From a virus, in the IMG/VR virus record IMGVR_UViG_3300046484_000036, positions 1 to 50,447 of that record: a stretch of 50,447 nt of DNA. One strand, written 5' to 3'. The position numbers and the translations under genes are program-made. Under the pieces are notes generated by a model, which was not told where the DNA came from, made no database searches, and saw only the letters and a list, made by a program, of their open reading frames with translations. Positions within the stretch are counted from its first letter, which is position 1. The number at the start of each line of letters is the position of its first letter. This document shows positions 16,601 to 25,036 of this stretch, piece after piece.

Positions 16601-18408
16601 CGGCGATTGAGAAGCAGATCACCGAACTGGAGCGTAAGACTTCAACAGGCGATCTCTCCACCAAAGGACAGAAGGTAAACCGTCCTGCTGCCGATCCTGA
16701 GCTTGAACTTCTGAAACAGCGCCGGGACCAGTTGAACCGCAAGCTGACCGACATGCGTCGTGAGGCCGCGCCGAAAGCAGACCCGAACCAGACTCGGTTG
16801 AAGGCGATGAAGACGCGCCTAGAGAATAGCACGAAAGAGTTTCAGCGTCGCTTGGATGAAGGTGACTTCACCGCGAAGAAACCTCGGGCTCCAATCACCG
16901 ATCCTGCAGTGGAGAAGGCGAAGGCGGAGAACCTAAAAGCTAAACAAGCATATCAGGATGCTTTAGCGCGGGATCGAAACGACAAAGCTGGAATATACGC
17001 TCATGTGGTTAATCGGTTCCTGAAAGTTTACCGTGGATTTATATTAAGTAGTCCTGTGGTGATCGCCAAAATATCGGGCATGTCGGTGTTTCGTGCTATC
17101 TCCCATCAGTTGGATGAGGTTGCGGGGGAAGCTATACATAGACTCCCCGGCGTTTCCCAAGCATCTAAATACGCCCCTATTGAGGGTGGGGGGTACCAGT
17201 TCGATGCTGAGGTACAGGCGTTGACGAAAATTGCCCTGGCGGGCCACGATCTAATAACAAAACTGACTGGTAAGGAGACAGACATCGAGATCCTATGGGG
17301 TAAACACCATGCGGATCTAGCGGACCGCTCCACAACTTTGGGGAAGATAGGTGCGGGGATAGATACCGCGGCCGACTATCCGGGGCAAGTTCATGCCGCA
17401 ATAAAAGCTCCGATTAAACGCCTCGCCTATGAATTTGCAGTAGCGAAGGGGATAAACTGGGCGCGTAATAATGGGTTCGATGTGTACGATCCAGCGGTTA
17501 TAGCCAAGATCAAGATCGCCGCCTATGAGTACGCAAATCGGAATATCGCCATGCAGGATAGTGCTGCATCGAAAAAGATGGGCCAGCTTTTCTCCATTGA
17601 GTATGACAAAGCGACCGGGGAAGCGACCCCCGGTAGCGTAACTGCCCATCTCGTGGGGGGGATAGTTCTCCCAGTGAAAAAAGTACCGGTTAATATCGTA
17701 GCAGAGGCTTTCGAGTACTTAGCCGGGACAGAGACGGGGTCTATTCGGCTGGCTAAAGCCCTTTATCAGGGGGTAGAAACTCTGAAGGATAATCCCGCCC
17801 AGGCGGATATGATTATGCGGGAACTCAAAAAGGGGGTAGTGGGTAAGGCCATACTGCTCCTCGGATTTTTTACCGCAGAATCAATTGGCGGATTGTACGA
17901 CCCGAAGAACAAGAAGCGTCCGGACGAAACTCAGGCGGGCGAGGTACGCATACCCTGGCTATCGGGACTGGTTAAAAACGGGGATGTTCCGGCATACCTA
18001 CTCCATCACCCAATGATGGAGGATCTACAATTCTCAGCCTCTATTTTTCATGGACTTAATGCCCCTCTCCGCATCCCGACCACCCATAAAGGTATGCTTG
18101 CCGCTCTCGCTAAAGGGGAGGCTACGCCTCTTGAAGTTACGGCAAATGCTTTATTTGATCTCGCGGCAGAAGTGCCTTTGGCCCGAACCGCAACGACGGT
18201 GGCGAAGTTAGCGAACTCGAATACTCGTCCAGCAGCGGCGAAAGACATTCTCCAGGGCATCGTCGTTCCCCAGGGGCTCTCTTGGGTCGCTCGGTACACG
18301 GACAAGAACGCTCAAGGCGAGCCGATCAAGCGTGAGGCCACGACAACCGTGGAGCACATCAAGGAAGCGGTCCCCGGATTGCGCGAAACACTGCCGGTCA
18401 AAAAATAA
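13693..18408 (+). CDS. Giant internal virion / ejection protein (1571 aa)
   Basis: Longest ORF in the window, with a long Glu/Lys/Ala coiled-coil centre. Four W-x-P-P-E-V motifs occur in the first 440 aa. Its size and its position after two smaller low-complexity proteins resemble T7 gp14-16 logic (inference). Confidence 0.55.
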   Translation: MPANDTWTPPEVSAIGQAPDTGTQTAWQPPEVAETKSSWVPPEVASLSKPAADEGPQLRAATPGDETRWASQDTWMGRIESSIRGTATDLGASIQGRYTAAQKAFDTRYSATPGDGAKPVFPALLSAAGAAVSPSPGEALNSQRKAELAVGGAQSLKEAQELKDVQGNYEHQWLPIAEPGQTNFLGHSDAVQALMKPITKEDDDTKVPFTGGTIPLSAVKAVYQPVAKTVNSLVTPENALITGLTAGAGEIPAIGKAVSTFFGVQMGAGSLQAVKHLQELNSDPNATGAQKVSAGIEAGIGVAMAKSLLTHAISGEAKAQIETLPPEQQLAAVSKEVGTSPEQLLKDASDQMELDFKNSKVEVPPEHVPVTIRREDGTEYQAGMAGYQDGVPVITNLETHSTTLLGDKENIVGDMPAPELWERTSAGNKLSTSPFEEWVPPEVRGETTPTANVTVMGSHTQVEIPGEGDRPAFSGTPEQARDAGFDVPTDGLEDGSHKVPIEPPLDPNIIGITKKLMNQRRVAAGLPEFEPLEVRSDQVTWDKTLAKVAADPTLPARNIEELRSGNRVPTDADEALNRYRIAELEVEKTEATNRVNSAIEKGEVPDMADRQKVEELLTKQVDAMDVIRASHAETGRSLRAIQLMTDLDFSAPKLISERQALSGEKLTPEKMAETRDIAERVKTTQAALEKITAERDALLAEKTSKAAHEELVKKVAEETEAPEAEKPARAKTPSKLREYIKTQAEAARQRVRERTGELHAGIDPTHLTDLAIIGVEHLTRAGENLAAFTKRMADDVGEWVKPYIEQIFGEAKKMRDSMAKDFTPKEVVDAIGKKLSTGGDVTPEFRKLAREAIELGMTDRNRVIDFVHDQIRETAPEMDRRAVQDAISGYGKFRELSKDEITQKLADVSAQLRLVSKLEDILAGKEPEKTGVERRAPSEEETALRNKIAELEKKANEDVAVSAALTREKTAIEKQITELERKTSTGDLSTKGQKVNRPAADPELELLKQRRDQLNRKLTDMRREAAPKADPNQTRLKAMKTRLENSTKEFQRRLDEGDFTAKKPRAPITDPAVEKAKAENLKAKQAYQDALARDRNDKAGIYAHVVNRFLKVYRGFILSSPVVIAKISGMSVFRAISHQLDEVAGEAIHRLPGVSQASKYAPIEGGGYQFDAEVQALTKIALAGHDLITKLTGKETDIEILWGKHHADLADRSTTLGKIGAGIDTAADYPGQVHAAIKAPIKRLAYEFAVAKGINWARNNGFDVYDPAVIAKIKIAAYEYANRNIAMQDSAASKKMGQLFSIEYDKATGEATPGSVTAHLVGGIVLPVKKVPVNIVAEAFEYLAGTETGSIRLAKALYQGVETLKDNPAQADMIMRELKKGVVGKAILLLGFFTAESIGGLYDPKNKKRPDETQAGEVRIPWLSGLVKNGDVPAYLLHHPMMEDLQFSASIFHGLNAPLRIPTTHKGMLAALAKGEATPLEVTANALFDLAAEVPLARTATTVAKLANSNTRPAAAKDILQGIVVPQGLSWVARYTDKNAQGEPIKREATTTVEHIKEAVPGLRETLPVKK

Positions 18409-19147
18409 CCTGCCGTAAGTTCGGCAGAATCCCATTCCGCTTATTCATACTAGCGGTACGTCCGTCGCACTGATGCCCCCAGCCCATCTTATGGTTGATC
18501 GGCAACTGGCGTGCGTACACCTCGTCGTACCGCTTCGCCAGCCGCTCTACGCCGCCAAGATGCTTGAAATGGAGTAGGAAAGTCTCGGGGGTCGAGTAAG
18601 CGGTAGGGTTTGAGAACGAAGCCCCGGAAATGAGCTTCCCGGAGCATCCGTGAGCCCCGAGGCCATAATAGATCTCTTTCACCCGTTTCGCCGAGAACAT
18701 CGCTGGTTTAGCGTACCATTGATTGTCCGGCGCGCCCATCTTCACTTCATCGTAAATCTGGCCGTCAGTTGTGGGGAAGGTGTCCGTGAACATCTCGTAC
18801 CCGTAAGGCTTCACCACGTTCACGCCCTGACGCTCATATTCTGCGATCGTCTGCTCCGTTCCTTTTGGGAAGTAGATCAGCTCGTCCGCATCGACAACGA
18901 TCACCCAGTCAGCCGTGGTGCCTTTCCAGCTCTCGTCCTTCACCCGGCAATACTCGTGCTCGTCAATCACGCCGCCCGTGTGTCGATCCGCCCGCTCCAC
19001 GCCTGCCGCTTTGATGATCTCACGGGAGCCGTCGGTGCTCTGGTCGTCATGGACGACGATACGAGAGCAGAAGGTTTTGTAGTGGCGAAGTGAATACCCG
19101 ATAATGTCGGCTTCGTTCCAGCAGAGGATATGGGCTTCTACGTTCAC
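18398..19147 (-). CDS. Glycosyltransferase family 2-like (Glyco_tranf_2_4-type)
   Basis: 249 aa. HILCWNEADIIGYSLRHYKTFCSRIVVHDDQSTDGSREII and WVIVVDADELIY are classic GT-A landmarks. The ATG overlaps the upstream stop as ATGA (19147-19144). Confidence 0.7.
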   Translation of the reverse strand: MNVEAHILCWNEADIIGYSLRHYKTFCSRIVVHDDQSTDGSREIIKAAGVERADRHTGGVIDEHEYCRVKDESWKGTTADWVIVVDADELIYFPKGTEQTIAEYERQGVNVVKPYGYEMFTDTFPTTDGQIYDEVKMGAPDNQWYAKPAMFSAKRVKEIYYGLGAHGCSGKLISGASFSNPTAYSTPETFLLHFKHLGGVERLAKRYDEVYARQLPINHKMGWGHQCDGRTASMNKRNGILPNLRQVIF

Positions 19148-20445
19148 GACGTTTTAACTGCCGCCACCTGCCAGGCTTTGTGGATGACATTGAGGTGCGC
19201 AGCGTAGGTTTTGAGGAAGAAGTCGATGGCGAACTTGGGCCGGTCAATCTCGTTCGGCGTGAGAGTCCAGCCGTAGTCGTCCCAGATCATCACTCCGCCG
19301 ACCTTCAGAAGGTCGAAAGCCATGACCGAATCCCTGATGACATTGAGCGAGTCATGGCAGCCATCAATGTAGACGGTATCCAGGGGGGTCTTGAACTTCT
19401 TCAACATTTCGTTGGATTGCCCTTTTAGGATAGCGATCTGCTTGAAGCCCTTCAGTCGCTCGCGGGCGGCGGCTTCCACCTCGGAGAACTTGACCGACTT
19501 ATCGTACTCGGGCGAGCCCTCGAACGTGTCTACGCAATAATAGAGCGACTTCGGGTCGGTGAAGATGCGCGTACACATCGACTCGGCGGACTCGCCGCGA
19601 CAGGTGCCAATCTCCAGACCGACAGCGGGTTTCCCCTTCAGGTGGGCAAGCCACTGCTCCCACTTGGGGCCGTGGACTTCATCAGTCTCAGATAGACGTG
19701 GGGGTTGTATACTCATAGGTGTTTCGATTGGTTTAGGTTCTCCGAAGATGCGGTACGCCTCGGCATTCGGGCCGAGCATGGCGGTGAGTTTCGTCAGTTG
19801 GGGGTCGAGTTGTACGCCGCGTCCGGGCGACATGATATGGCCAGCCCCGTAGCCGAACTTGCCCGGCATCCCTTTGATTCCTACCACGAGGCGAGTTGAT
19901 TGCGGGTAGTCCTGCGGGCGGACAACGAGTTTCTTGAATGGGTGCTGCACGTAGTTCCAAAGGCGGATGTCGATGTACGGGCAATCCGTGGTGGCGGCGC
20001 GCAGTAATTGCGGGAAGAGCGACACCTTGAAAGACGTGGAGCAAAAACTGGAGTGCTGGGAATTTCGATGGGAGAACCAAGTGCGAGAGTTGACGTTGTA
20101 GTAGGTCGCATCACCTTCGCCTACCAAGTCGGCAGAGCCAAGCCACTTCTCTACGTTCTCAAGGTAGGTTGGGGCATACCCGTCGTCATTTTCCCAAATT
20201 ACTACGGCATCGCCCTTTACGAGATTATCTTTAACCATTCGCCGGATTTTCGCGGCGAGACTACCTTTCCCTCTGTACTCCGGCCAGAAGTGATACTCTT
20301 GCCCCCGTGTGCAGACCGTTTGCGGGTCATCGTCATCTAGGCATAACCACTGGTCGGGCTGGCGCGTTTGCTGGGAGACGTATTTTTCGCAGAGTGCCCA
20401 GGCTTCGGGGCGATAAACAGCCGTGGTGACTAGGGTGAGTTTCAT
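19144..20445 (-). CDS. Bifunctional glycosyltransferase-like / class I SAM-dependent methyltransferase (Methyltransf_24/TylF-like C-terminal domain)
   Basis: Start moved to MKLTLVTTAVY (ATG 20445-20443, ATGA overlap with the upstream stop). The N-terminal half has a GT-A-like acidic motif (IWENDDGY). The C-terminal half has GLEIGTCRGES, VYIDGCHD and GGVMIWDDY. Confidence 0.6.
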   Translation of the reverse strand: MKLTLVTTAVYRPEAWALCEKYVSQQTRQPDQWLCLDDDDPQTVCTRGQEYHFWPEYRGKGSLAAKIRRMVKDNLVKGDAVVIWENDDGYAPTYLENVEKWLGSADLVGEGDATYYNVNSRTWFSHRNSQHSSFCSTSFKVSLFPQLLRAATTDCPYIDIRLWNYVQHPFKKLVVRPQDYPQSTRLVVGIKGMPGKFGYGAGHIMSPGRGVQLDPQLTKLTAMLGPNAEAYRIFGEPKPIETPMSIQPPRLSETDEVHGPKWEQWLAHLKGKPAVGLEIGTCRGESAESMCTRIFTDPKSLYYCVDTFEGSPEYDKSVKFSEVEAAARERLKGFKQIAILKGQSNEMLKKFKTPLDTVYIDGCHDSLNVIRDSVMAFDLLKVGGVMIWDDYGWTLTPNEIDRPKFAIDFFLKTYAAHLNVIHKAWQVAAVKTS

Positions 20446-21128
20446 GTCTCGTGCGCGAACCGATGCGTCTGTAAATATGTCGCCCACTTCTGGCGGAGAT
20501 AGTTGTGGTTCTGGGCGAAAAACTTTTTCACCTCGGGCACTAGATAGCTTGTACTTCCCGGTTTGTGGTGGATCGGGAAGTCGGCGATGTGGATGGTGTA
20601 TCCTAACGAACGCATCCGTATGCACAAATCTGCATCCTCCGCGTAAGCCCACTTTAAGTTCGGATCAAAGAGCCCGTGTTTCTTCACGAGGTCAGTACGC
20701 ACCACGAGGCAAACGCCCTCGATGTACTCCACCACACCCCCCTCCAGCCCACCGACGAAATTATCCCGCAGTCTACAGCCTTTCGGCCCGACAACCGCCG
20801 CTTTCGGGTTGATCGCGAACTGCCGTTTGATTTTGCCCAGCCAACCCAGGGGCAGGACGCAATCGTCATTAACCATAGCAAACAGCGGAGTATCCGTCAT
20901 ATGGAGCGCCCGTTTGTTGGGCTCGATGAAGCCTTCGTTTGTTTCGTTTACGACCATGCGGACATTGGTGTAGGTATCCGCGAGGATCTGGAAATATGCC
21001 GCTGCCTCGATATTACCATTGGCGGTTAGGATTAGGTCGAATTGCCCGCCACCGTTCAAGACGGACTTAATGCAGAGCTTGGCTTTCTCCAGTTGGGTGT
21101 AGGTGATGATTGAGATAGTGGTTCTCAT
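20442..21128 (-). CDS. Glycosyltransferase family 2
   Basis: 228 aa. ISIITYTQ...CIKSVL... and LFAMVNDDCVLPLGW are typical GT2 N-terminal and DxD regions. ATGA overlap at 21128-21125. Confidence 0.75.
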   Translation of the reverse strand: MRTTISIITYTQLEKAKLCIKSVLNGGGQFDLILTANGNIEAAAYFQILADTYTNVRMVVNETNEGFIEPNKRALHMTDTPLFAMVNDDCVLPLGWLGKIKRQFAINPKAAVVGPKGCRLRDNFVGGLEGGVVEYIEGVCLVVRTDLVKKHGLFDPNLKWAYAEDADLCIRMRSLGYTIHIADFPIHHKPGSTSYLVPEVKKFFAQNHNYLRQKWATYLQTHRFAHET

Positions 21129-21313
21129 GGCGTATGCCTATTGTTAAGTTTATTCAGCTCTTCGGTAAAACCCCGCCAAGGATTCCCCATTAGGTCATTG
21201 AACCGAACCTGTAGGTTTGCCTGCTCTATTTTTCGCGCACGGCTTGATTTGATATACATCAGAATCACGAGAAACCATGTGACGGGGGCTAGAATTGCGA
21301 ATAAGATTATCAT
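21125..21313 (-). CDS. Small membrane protein (62 aa)
   Basis: Internal ATG at 21313 of track ORF 21125..21448. MIILFAILAPVTWFLVILMYIKSSRARK... has one TM helix. ATGA overlaps at both ends. Confidence 0.5.
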   Translation of the reverse strand: MIILFAILAPVTWFLVILMYIKSSRARKIEQANLQVRFNDLMGNPWRGFTEELNKLNNRHTP

Positions 21314-22413
21314 GGCCTCAGCGCATCTACCTTGCTCACGATTCGTTCCGGCGTGATCGACGCGAGGACGGAGCAGAACTGCTCCTGGCGGCAGGGCATC
21401 GGGGGGAAATGGAGGCCGTTCTTCGCGTGCCACCGGCAGTTCTTGCACTCACCTTCACCGGTGATGGCGTGCGTGAGCGGGGCTTTAGCCGTGCGGGTTT
21501 GCCAGGAGAACGCCCCGAACAAACCGACCGCGGGGACGTCGAGAGCATGGCAGAGGTGAAGGAGTGCGGAGTCCACGCCAACGAAGGCGTTGCACTGCGA
21601 AAGGAGCGCGGCGGACTCGCGGAAGGTCAGTTTCTCCGTGGTCATGTTGTGGACATAGGTCCGCTTCATGTTCGGCGCAAACTCTGGGATCTGTCCCGGA
21701 TGCCCGAATAGGAAAACTTCCCATCCCCGATCGTCCAGACCGAAGATTACTTTTGCCCATAGGTCTAGCGGATAGTTGCGGTTCTTCACTGACGCGGCGA
21801 GTTGGATGCCGACGCGGGGCCGGTTGCTCGTGATCCAGTTCTTCGCGAGGGATTTCTCGTCGTCTGTGGCTACGTACACGGGTTTGTAGTCTGTGACTGT
21901 GACGCCGAGGGCGTTTGCGAAGGCATCGGTGGCGTGTTCGGTGTTGGCCAACTCCATTACGTTTTCGAGAGATTGAATGAACCAATAGTTCTTCACCTCG
22001 GAAGCGTTCAGCGGGTAGGGAACGAGGGAATCAAAAAGCGCGGTGTTCTCGAAAAGAGGGAAATGCTCTTTCCGGCAGCAGAGGTGGAAGGTGCATTTTG
22101 GCTGAGTCTTTTTATATGCCTCGATTACTGGGGTGAGGAAGAGGAGGTCTCCGATTGCGCCGGAGCGCATTAGCATGATCTTCGCTGGTTCGGTTTCAAT
22201 GGCACCAAAAACTACCGTGCCTTTGTTCTCTAGGCGAGCCTTGTCCCGATCCGACATGAGAGCTAACTCGAAGGCGTTTTGGTCCTGGAGTATCCACTCG
22301 CCGGGTTGTAGCATGCCGATGGAGCCGCCAACGTGTAGCGGGGCGCTGAGATTTAAGATGTGCATTTTACGTCGTAGGGGTTTGGATTGATCGTGGGAGG
22401 GCATAGTGCCCAC
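21310..22413 (-). CDS. Glycosyltransferase family 9 (heptosyltransferase-like)
   Basis: LMRSGAIGDLLFLTPVIEAYKK, GIQLAASVKNRNYP and FVGVDSALLHLCHALDVPAVGLFG match RfaC/RfaF-type GT9 landmarks. The start is uncertain (ATGs at 22413, 22365, 22314). Confidence 0.75.
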   Translation of the reverse strand: MGTMPSHDQSKPLRRKMHILNLSAPLHVGGSIGMLQPGEWILQDQNAFELALMSDRDKARLENKGTVVFGAIETEPAKIMLMRSGAIGDLLFLTPVIEAYKKTQPKCTFHLCCRKEHFPLFENTALFDSLVPYPLNASEVKNYWFIQSLENVMELANTEHATDAFANALGVTVTDYKPVYVATDDEKSLAKNWITSNRPRVGIQLAASVKNRNYPLDLWAKVIFGLDDRGWEVFLFGHPGQIPEFAPNMKRTYVHNMTTEKLTFRESAALLSQCNAFVGVDSALLHLCHALDVPAVGLFGAFSWQTRTAKAPLTHAITGEGECKNCRWHAKNGLHFPPMPCRQEQFCSVLASITPERIVSKVDALRP

Positions 22414-22538
22414 AAAAGAACTTCCGATGCTGCCCGACTATAGGAGTACCCGTGTCTCTTTGCGTATACCTTAACCTCTCGGGACACTTCCGGGTCCAAT
22501 CGAACTTGGAGCTTGCTTTTCTTTTTCACGTGGGGCAT
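22353..22538 (-). CDS. Possible ribbon-helix-helix (CopG/Arc-like) regulator
   Basis: 61 aa. KSKLQVRLDPEVSREVKVYAKRHGYSYSRAASEVLLWAL has a beta-strand, helix, helix pattern. It heads the GT operon. It overlaps the longest version of the GT9 ORF. Confidence 0.4.
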   Translation of the reverse strand: MPHVKKKSKLQVRLDPEVSREVKVYAKRHGYSYSRAASEVLLWALCPPTINPNPYDVKCTS

Positions 22539-22559
22539 TCGTGGGGCACGAAAGAATTG

Positions 22560-23069
22560 ATGTCAACCATGAAAAAAGATCTCACGCAGGAAAGACTCAA
22601 AGAATTGTTGAGCTATGACCCGGAGACGGGGGTGTTTACTCGTCGAGTGGATCACGGGAAACTCTTTAAGGCCGGAGACGTAGCCGGGGGGTTGCGCGGG
22701 GGCAAGTATTGTACTGTAGGTGTGGATTACCACAGATACCAGATGCACCACGTAGTTTGGCTTTATGTTTACGGTGTATGGCCCACCGAAGAGATGGATC
22801 ACATAAACGGAGACCCTTTCGATAACCGTCTAGCGAATCTACGCCCGGCAACTAGGCAGGAGAACGCCCGGAATTTAAGACTGCCTAGGCATAATACCTC
22901 CGGAGCGAAAGGAGTGTATTGGGCTAAACGCGCAAAGAAATGGGTGGCCAATATCCAGACGGGGGGTAAATGCCGGTATCTGGGGTCTTTCGACCTACTT
23001 GAATCCGCGAAGCTGGCGTATGAAGCCGCAGCCGAAAAATATTTCGGCGAATTTAGGAGGACTGCCTAA
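22560..23069 (+). CDS. HNH endonuclease with AP2-type DNA-binding domain, adjacent to large terminase
   Basis: ATG at 22560 (MSTMKKDLTQERLKELLSYDPETGVF). HNH block MDHINGDPFDNRLANLRPATRQEN. AP2-like block GVYWAKRAKKWVANIQTGGKCRYLGSFDLLESAKLAYEAAAEKYFGEF. The track start at 22452 would run antisense through the RHH ORF. Confidence 0.85.
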   Translation: MSTMKKDLTQERLKELLSYDPETGVFTRRVDHGKLFKAGDVAGGLRGGKYCTVGVDYHRYQMHHVVWLYVYGVWPTEEMDHINGDPFDNRLANLRPATRQENARNLRLPRHNTSGAKGVYWAKRAKKWVANIQTGGKCRYLGSFDLLESAKLAYEAAAEKYFGEFRRTA

Positions 23070-23070
23070 T

Positions 23071-24828
23071 ATGCCAGCCAAGGAGTCGGATTGTATAGAA
23101 AAATACGGATTGCTATGGAAGAAATCCGAGGGCGCGAATCTGCTCAATATCGAACTCGCCGCGTACCGCGATCCGGTGATGTATAAAACCGGGATGTCGA
23201 GGGAACACCATTTCCGTCAGGCGTTCTCCTACATGTGGCCGGAGAGCGTATTTACTTGGAACGACTGGGCTCAGCTCATGTGTTGGAGCTGGTGCGAATA
23301 CAATTTCATATCCATCATGGGCCATGCGAGTGCGGGTAAGACCTTCAACACGGCGCATTTTGTCCTGCTGGATTACCTGTGCGCCCCCCAGGCTACCGCC
23401 ACGAGTCTTGTGACGACCAAGTTCGATGCTCTAAAGGGGCGGCTTTGGGGCGATTTTCTGATAGCCATAAATAACGCTAAAACACGGGACGTTATAAACA
23501 ACACCTTTCGAGTTACCAGCACTACCAATGAGCTTAAATTCTATTTACGAGGGGATGCAGTAGACCAGAAATTCTTGGTACAGGGAGTAGCGATTGATAG
23601 GGGGGATTCTAACGCCGGAAAAATCCGTGGTCACCATGTACCTCGTCGCCGTATCATCGTGGATGAAAGTCAGGACGTAAGCGACGGCATATATCTCGCT
23701 ATAGATAACGCCATGACGGGTGGAGAGTTCAAAGGCGTATTGCTTACGAACCCCGTAGAGAAGCAGTCAAGTTACGGCGAGTGGAGTAAGCCAAAAGAAG
23801 GTTGGGGGTCTATCGACGACTCTACGCTATTCTGGGAGAACAAAAGGGGGATAACTCTTCACCTCGACGGTCGGCAGTCACCAAACGTGAAAGCCCGAAA
23901 GACGGTGAACCCCAACCTGATGTCGTATGAATATTTCGAGAAGCTAGATTTGTCTACAGTAGAAGGTTGGATGTTCGGTATCGGTTTCTTCCCACCGGAC
24001 GGGACCATTGCGAAGATCTGGCCATCGAACACCATCGAGAAAGCCCGTCGGAGTGAAGCCTTCGACTTCGCCGCCACCCCATGCGCTACTCTCGATCCTG
24101 CTTTCGATAGCGATGATTGCTTCTTTATCGTCGGAGAACTCGGTACGTTACGCGACGGAAAGCCTTGTTGCTGTGCTCGGGAGTCTATCATCATCCAGAC
24201 CAAAGTAGGCCCGGGTTTTCCTGAGAAAGACTTTCAAATCGCCCGTGAGTGTATCCGTCTGTGCAAAGAGCGTGGCATTCAGCCGGAGAACTTTATTCAA
24301 GATCTTACCGGCAATGCCAGAGGCGTTTACGCTATTATGCGCAATGAGTGGACCCCAATGCCGGGGCGCGGGCAAGTGCAGGGCATATATTACGGTGGCG
24401 AAGCGACGGATCGCCCGCTCCGTACCGACGACCCCCTTGGCGCAAACGAGCAGGTTAAACGCTTCGTGACGGAGCTGTGGCTTCGTGCATCGTATCTAGC
24501 CCGCGACGGAATGCTCTGTGGCCTCGATAATATTGACCCGAAAGTTACCGTAGATTTAGACGCTAGGCGGTACACATTGGTTCAGGAGAGCGACGGTAAA
24601 CGCATGGTCGCAGAAACGAAGAAGGATTTGAAGGCGCGCATCGGTCGGTCCCCAGACGGAGGTGATGCCTTCTGCCAATTTGCCGAGCTGATGGTCCGCA
24701 AAGGTCTGCTCGGCGGCAAAGTCGCAGGTCTAGCCATCAACAATTGGGACCAGATGCGCGCCCGCGCTAAATTTCATCAGAAACGTCACATCAACGAATT
24801 TTCACATGGATCTACCGCAACTAAATAA
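23071..24828 (+). CDS. terL: Terminase large subunit
   Basis: ATG at 23071, preceded by aggagg at 23055-23060. Walker A GHASAGKT, Walker B IIVDESQD. 585 aa. Confidence 0.85.
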   Translation: MPAKESDCIEKYGLLWKKSEGANLLNIELAAYRDPVMYKTGMSREHHFRQAFSYMWPESVFTWNDWAQLMCWSWCEYNFISIMGHASAGKTFNTAHFVLLDYLCAPQATATSLVTTKFDALKGRLWGDFLIAINNAKTRDVINNTFRVTSTTNELKFYLRGDAVDQKFLVQGVAIDRGDSNAGKIRGHHVPRRRIIVDESQDVSDGIYLAIDNAMTGGEFKGVLLTNPVEKQSSYGEWSKPKEGWGSIDDSTLFWENKRGITLHLDGRQSPNVKARKTVNPNLMSYEYFEKLDLSTVEGWMFGIGFFPPDGTIAKIWPSNTIEKARRSEAFDFAATPCATLDPAFDSDDCFFIVGELGTLRDGKPCCCARESIIIQTKVGPGFPEKDFQIARECIRLCKERGIQPENFIQDLTGNARGVYAIMRNEWTPMPGRGQVQGIYYGGEATDRPLRTDDPLGANEQVKRFVTELWLRASYLARDGMLCGLDNIDPKVTVDLDARRYTLVQESDGKRMVAETKKDLKARIGRSPDGGDAFCQFAELMVRKGLLGGKVAGLAINNWDQMRARAKFHQKRHINEFSHGSTATK

Positions 24829-25036
24829 CCTATTGATAGATACTAAAGCCTTCGAGTGGATACGCCAGAATTATATTAGCATGGCCGGGTTCACGTCGGC
24901 CGTGAAATGCAGAAACCGATCCGCCCGACAGTTCCTCTACCATGCTTTCTTTAGCCGCAATCGCACCCCCCGTTGGGACGCGTCTTTTAGTGTAAAAAAA
25001 CAAGAATACAAAAATTTCATGTCATGGCCCTACTAA
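24806..25036 (+). CDS. Hypothetical protein (76 aa)
   Basis: Track ORF bridging TerL and the next gene with short overlaps. No motif recognised. Confidence 0.35.
   Translation: MDLPQLNNLLIDTKAFEWIRQNYISMAGFTSAVKCRNRSARQFLYHAFFSRNRTPRWDASFSVKKQEYKNFMSWPY

Noticed and set aside
22452-23070. Longer N-terminal extensions of the HNH gene (start 22452) and of TerL (start 22999)
   Set aside because: The 22452 extension runs antisense through the RHH ORF and adds a non-homologous leader before the conserved LKELLSYDPETG N-terminus. The 22999 extension overlaps the HNH gene by 71 nt, whereas ATG 23071 has an aggagg Shine-Dalgarno sequence at ideal spacing.
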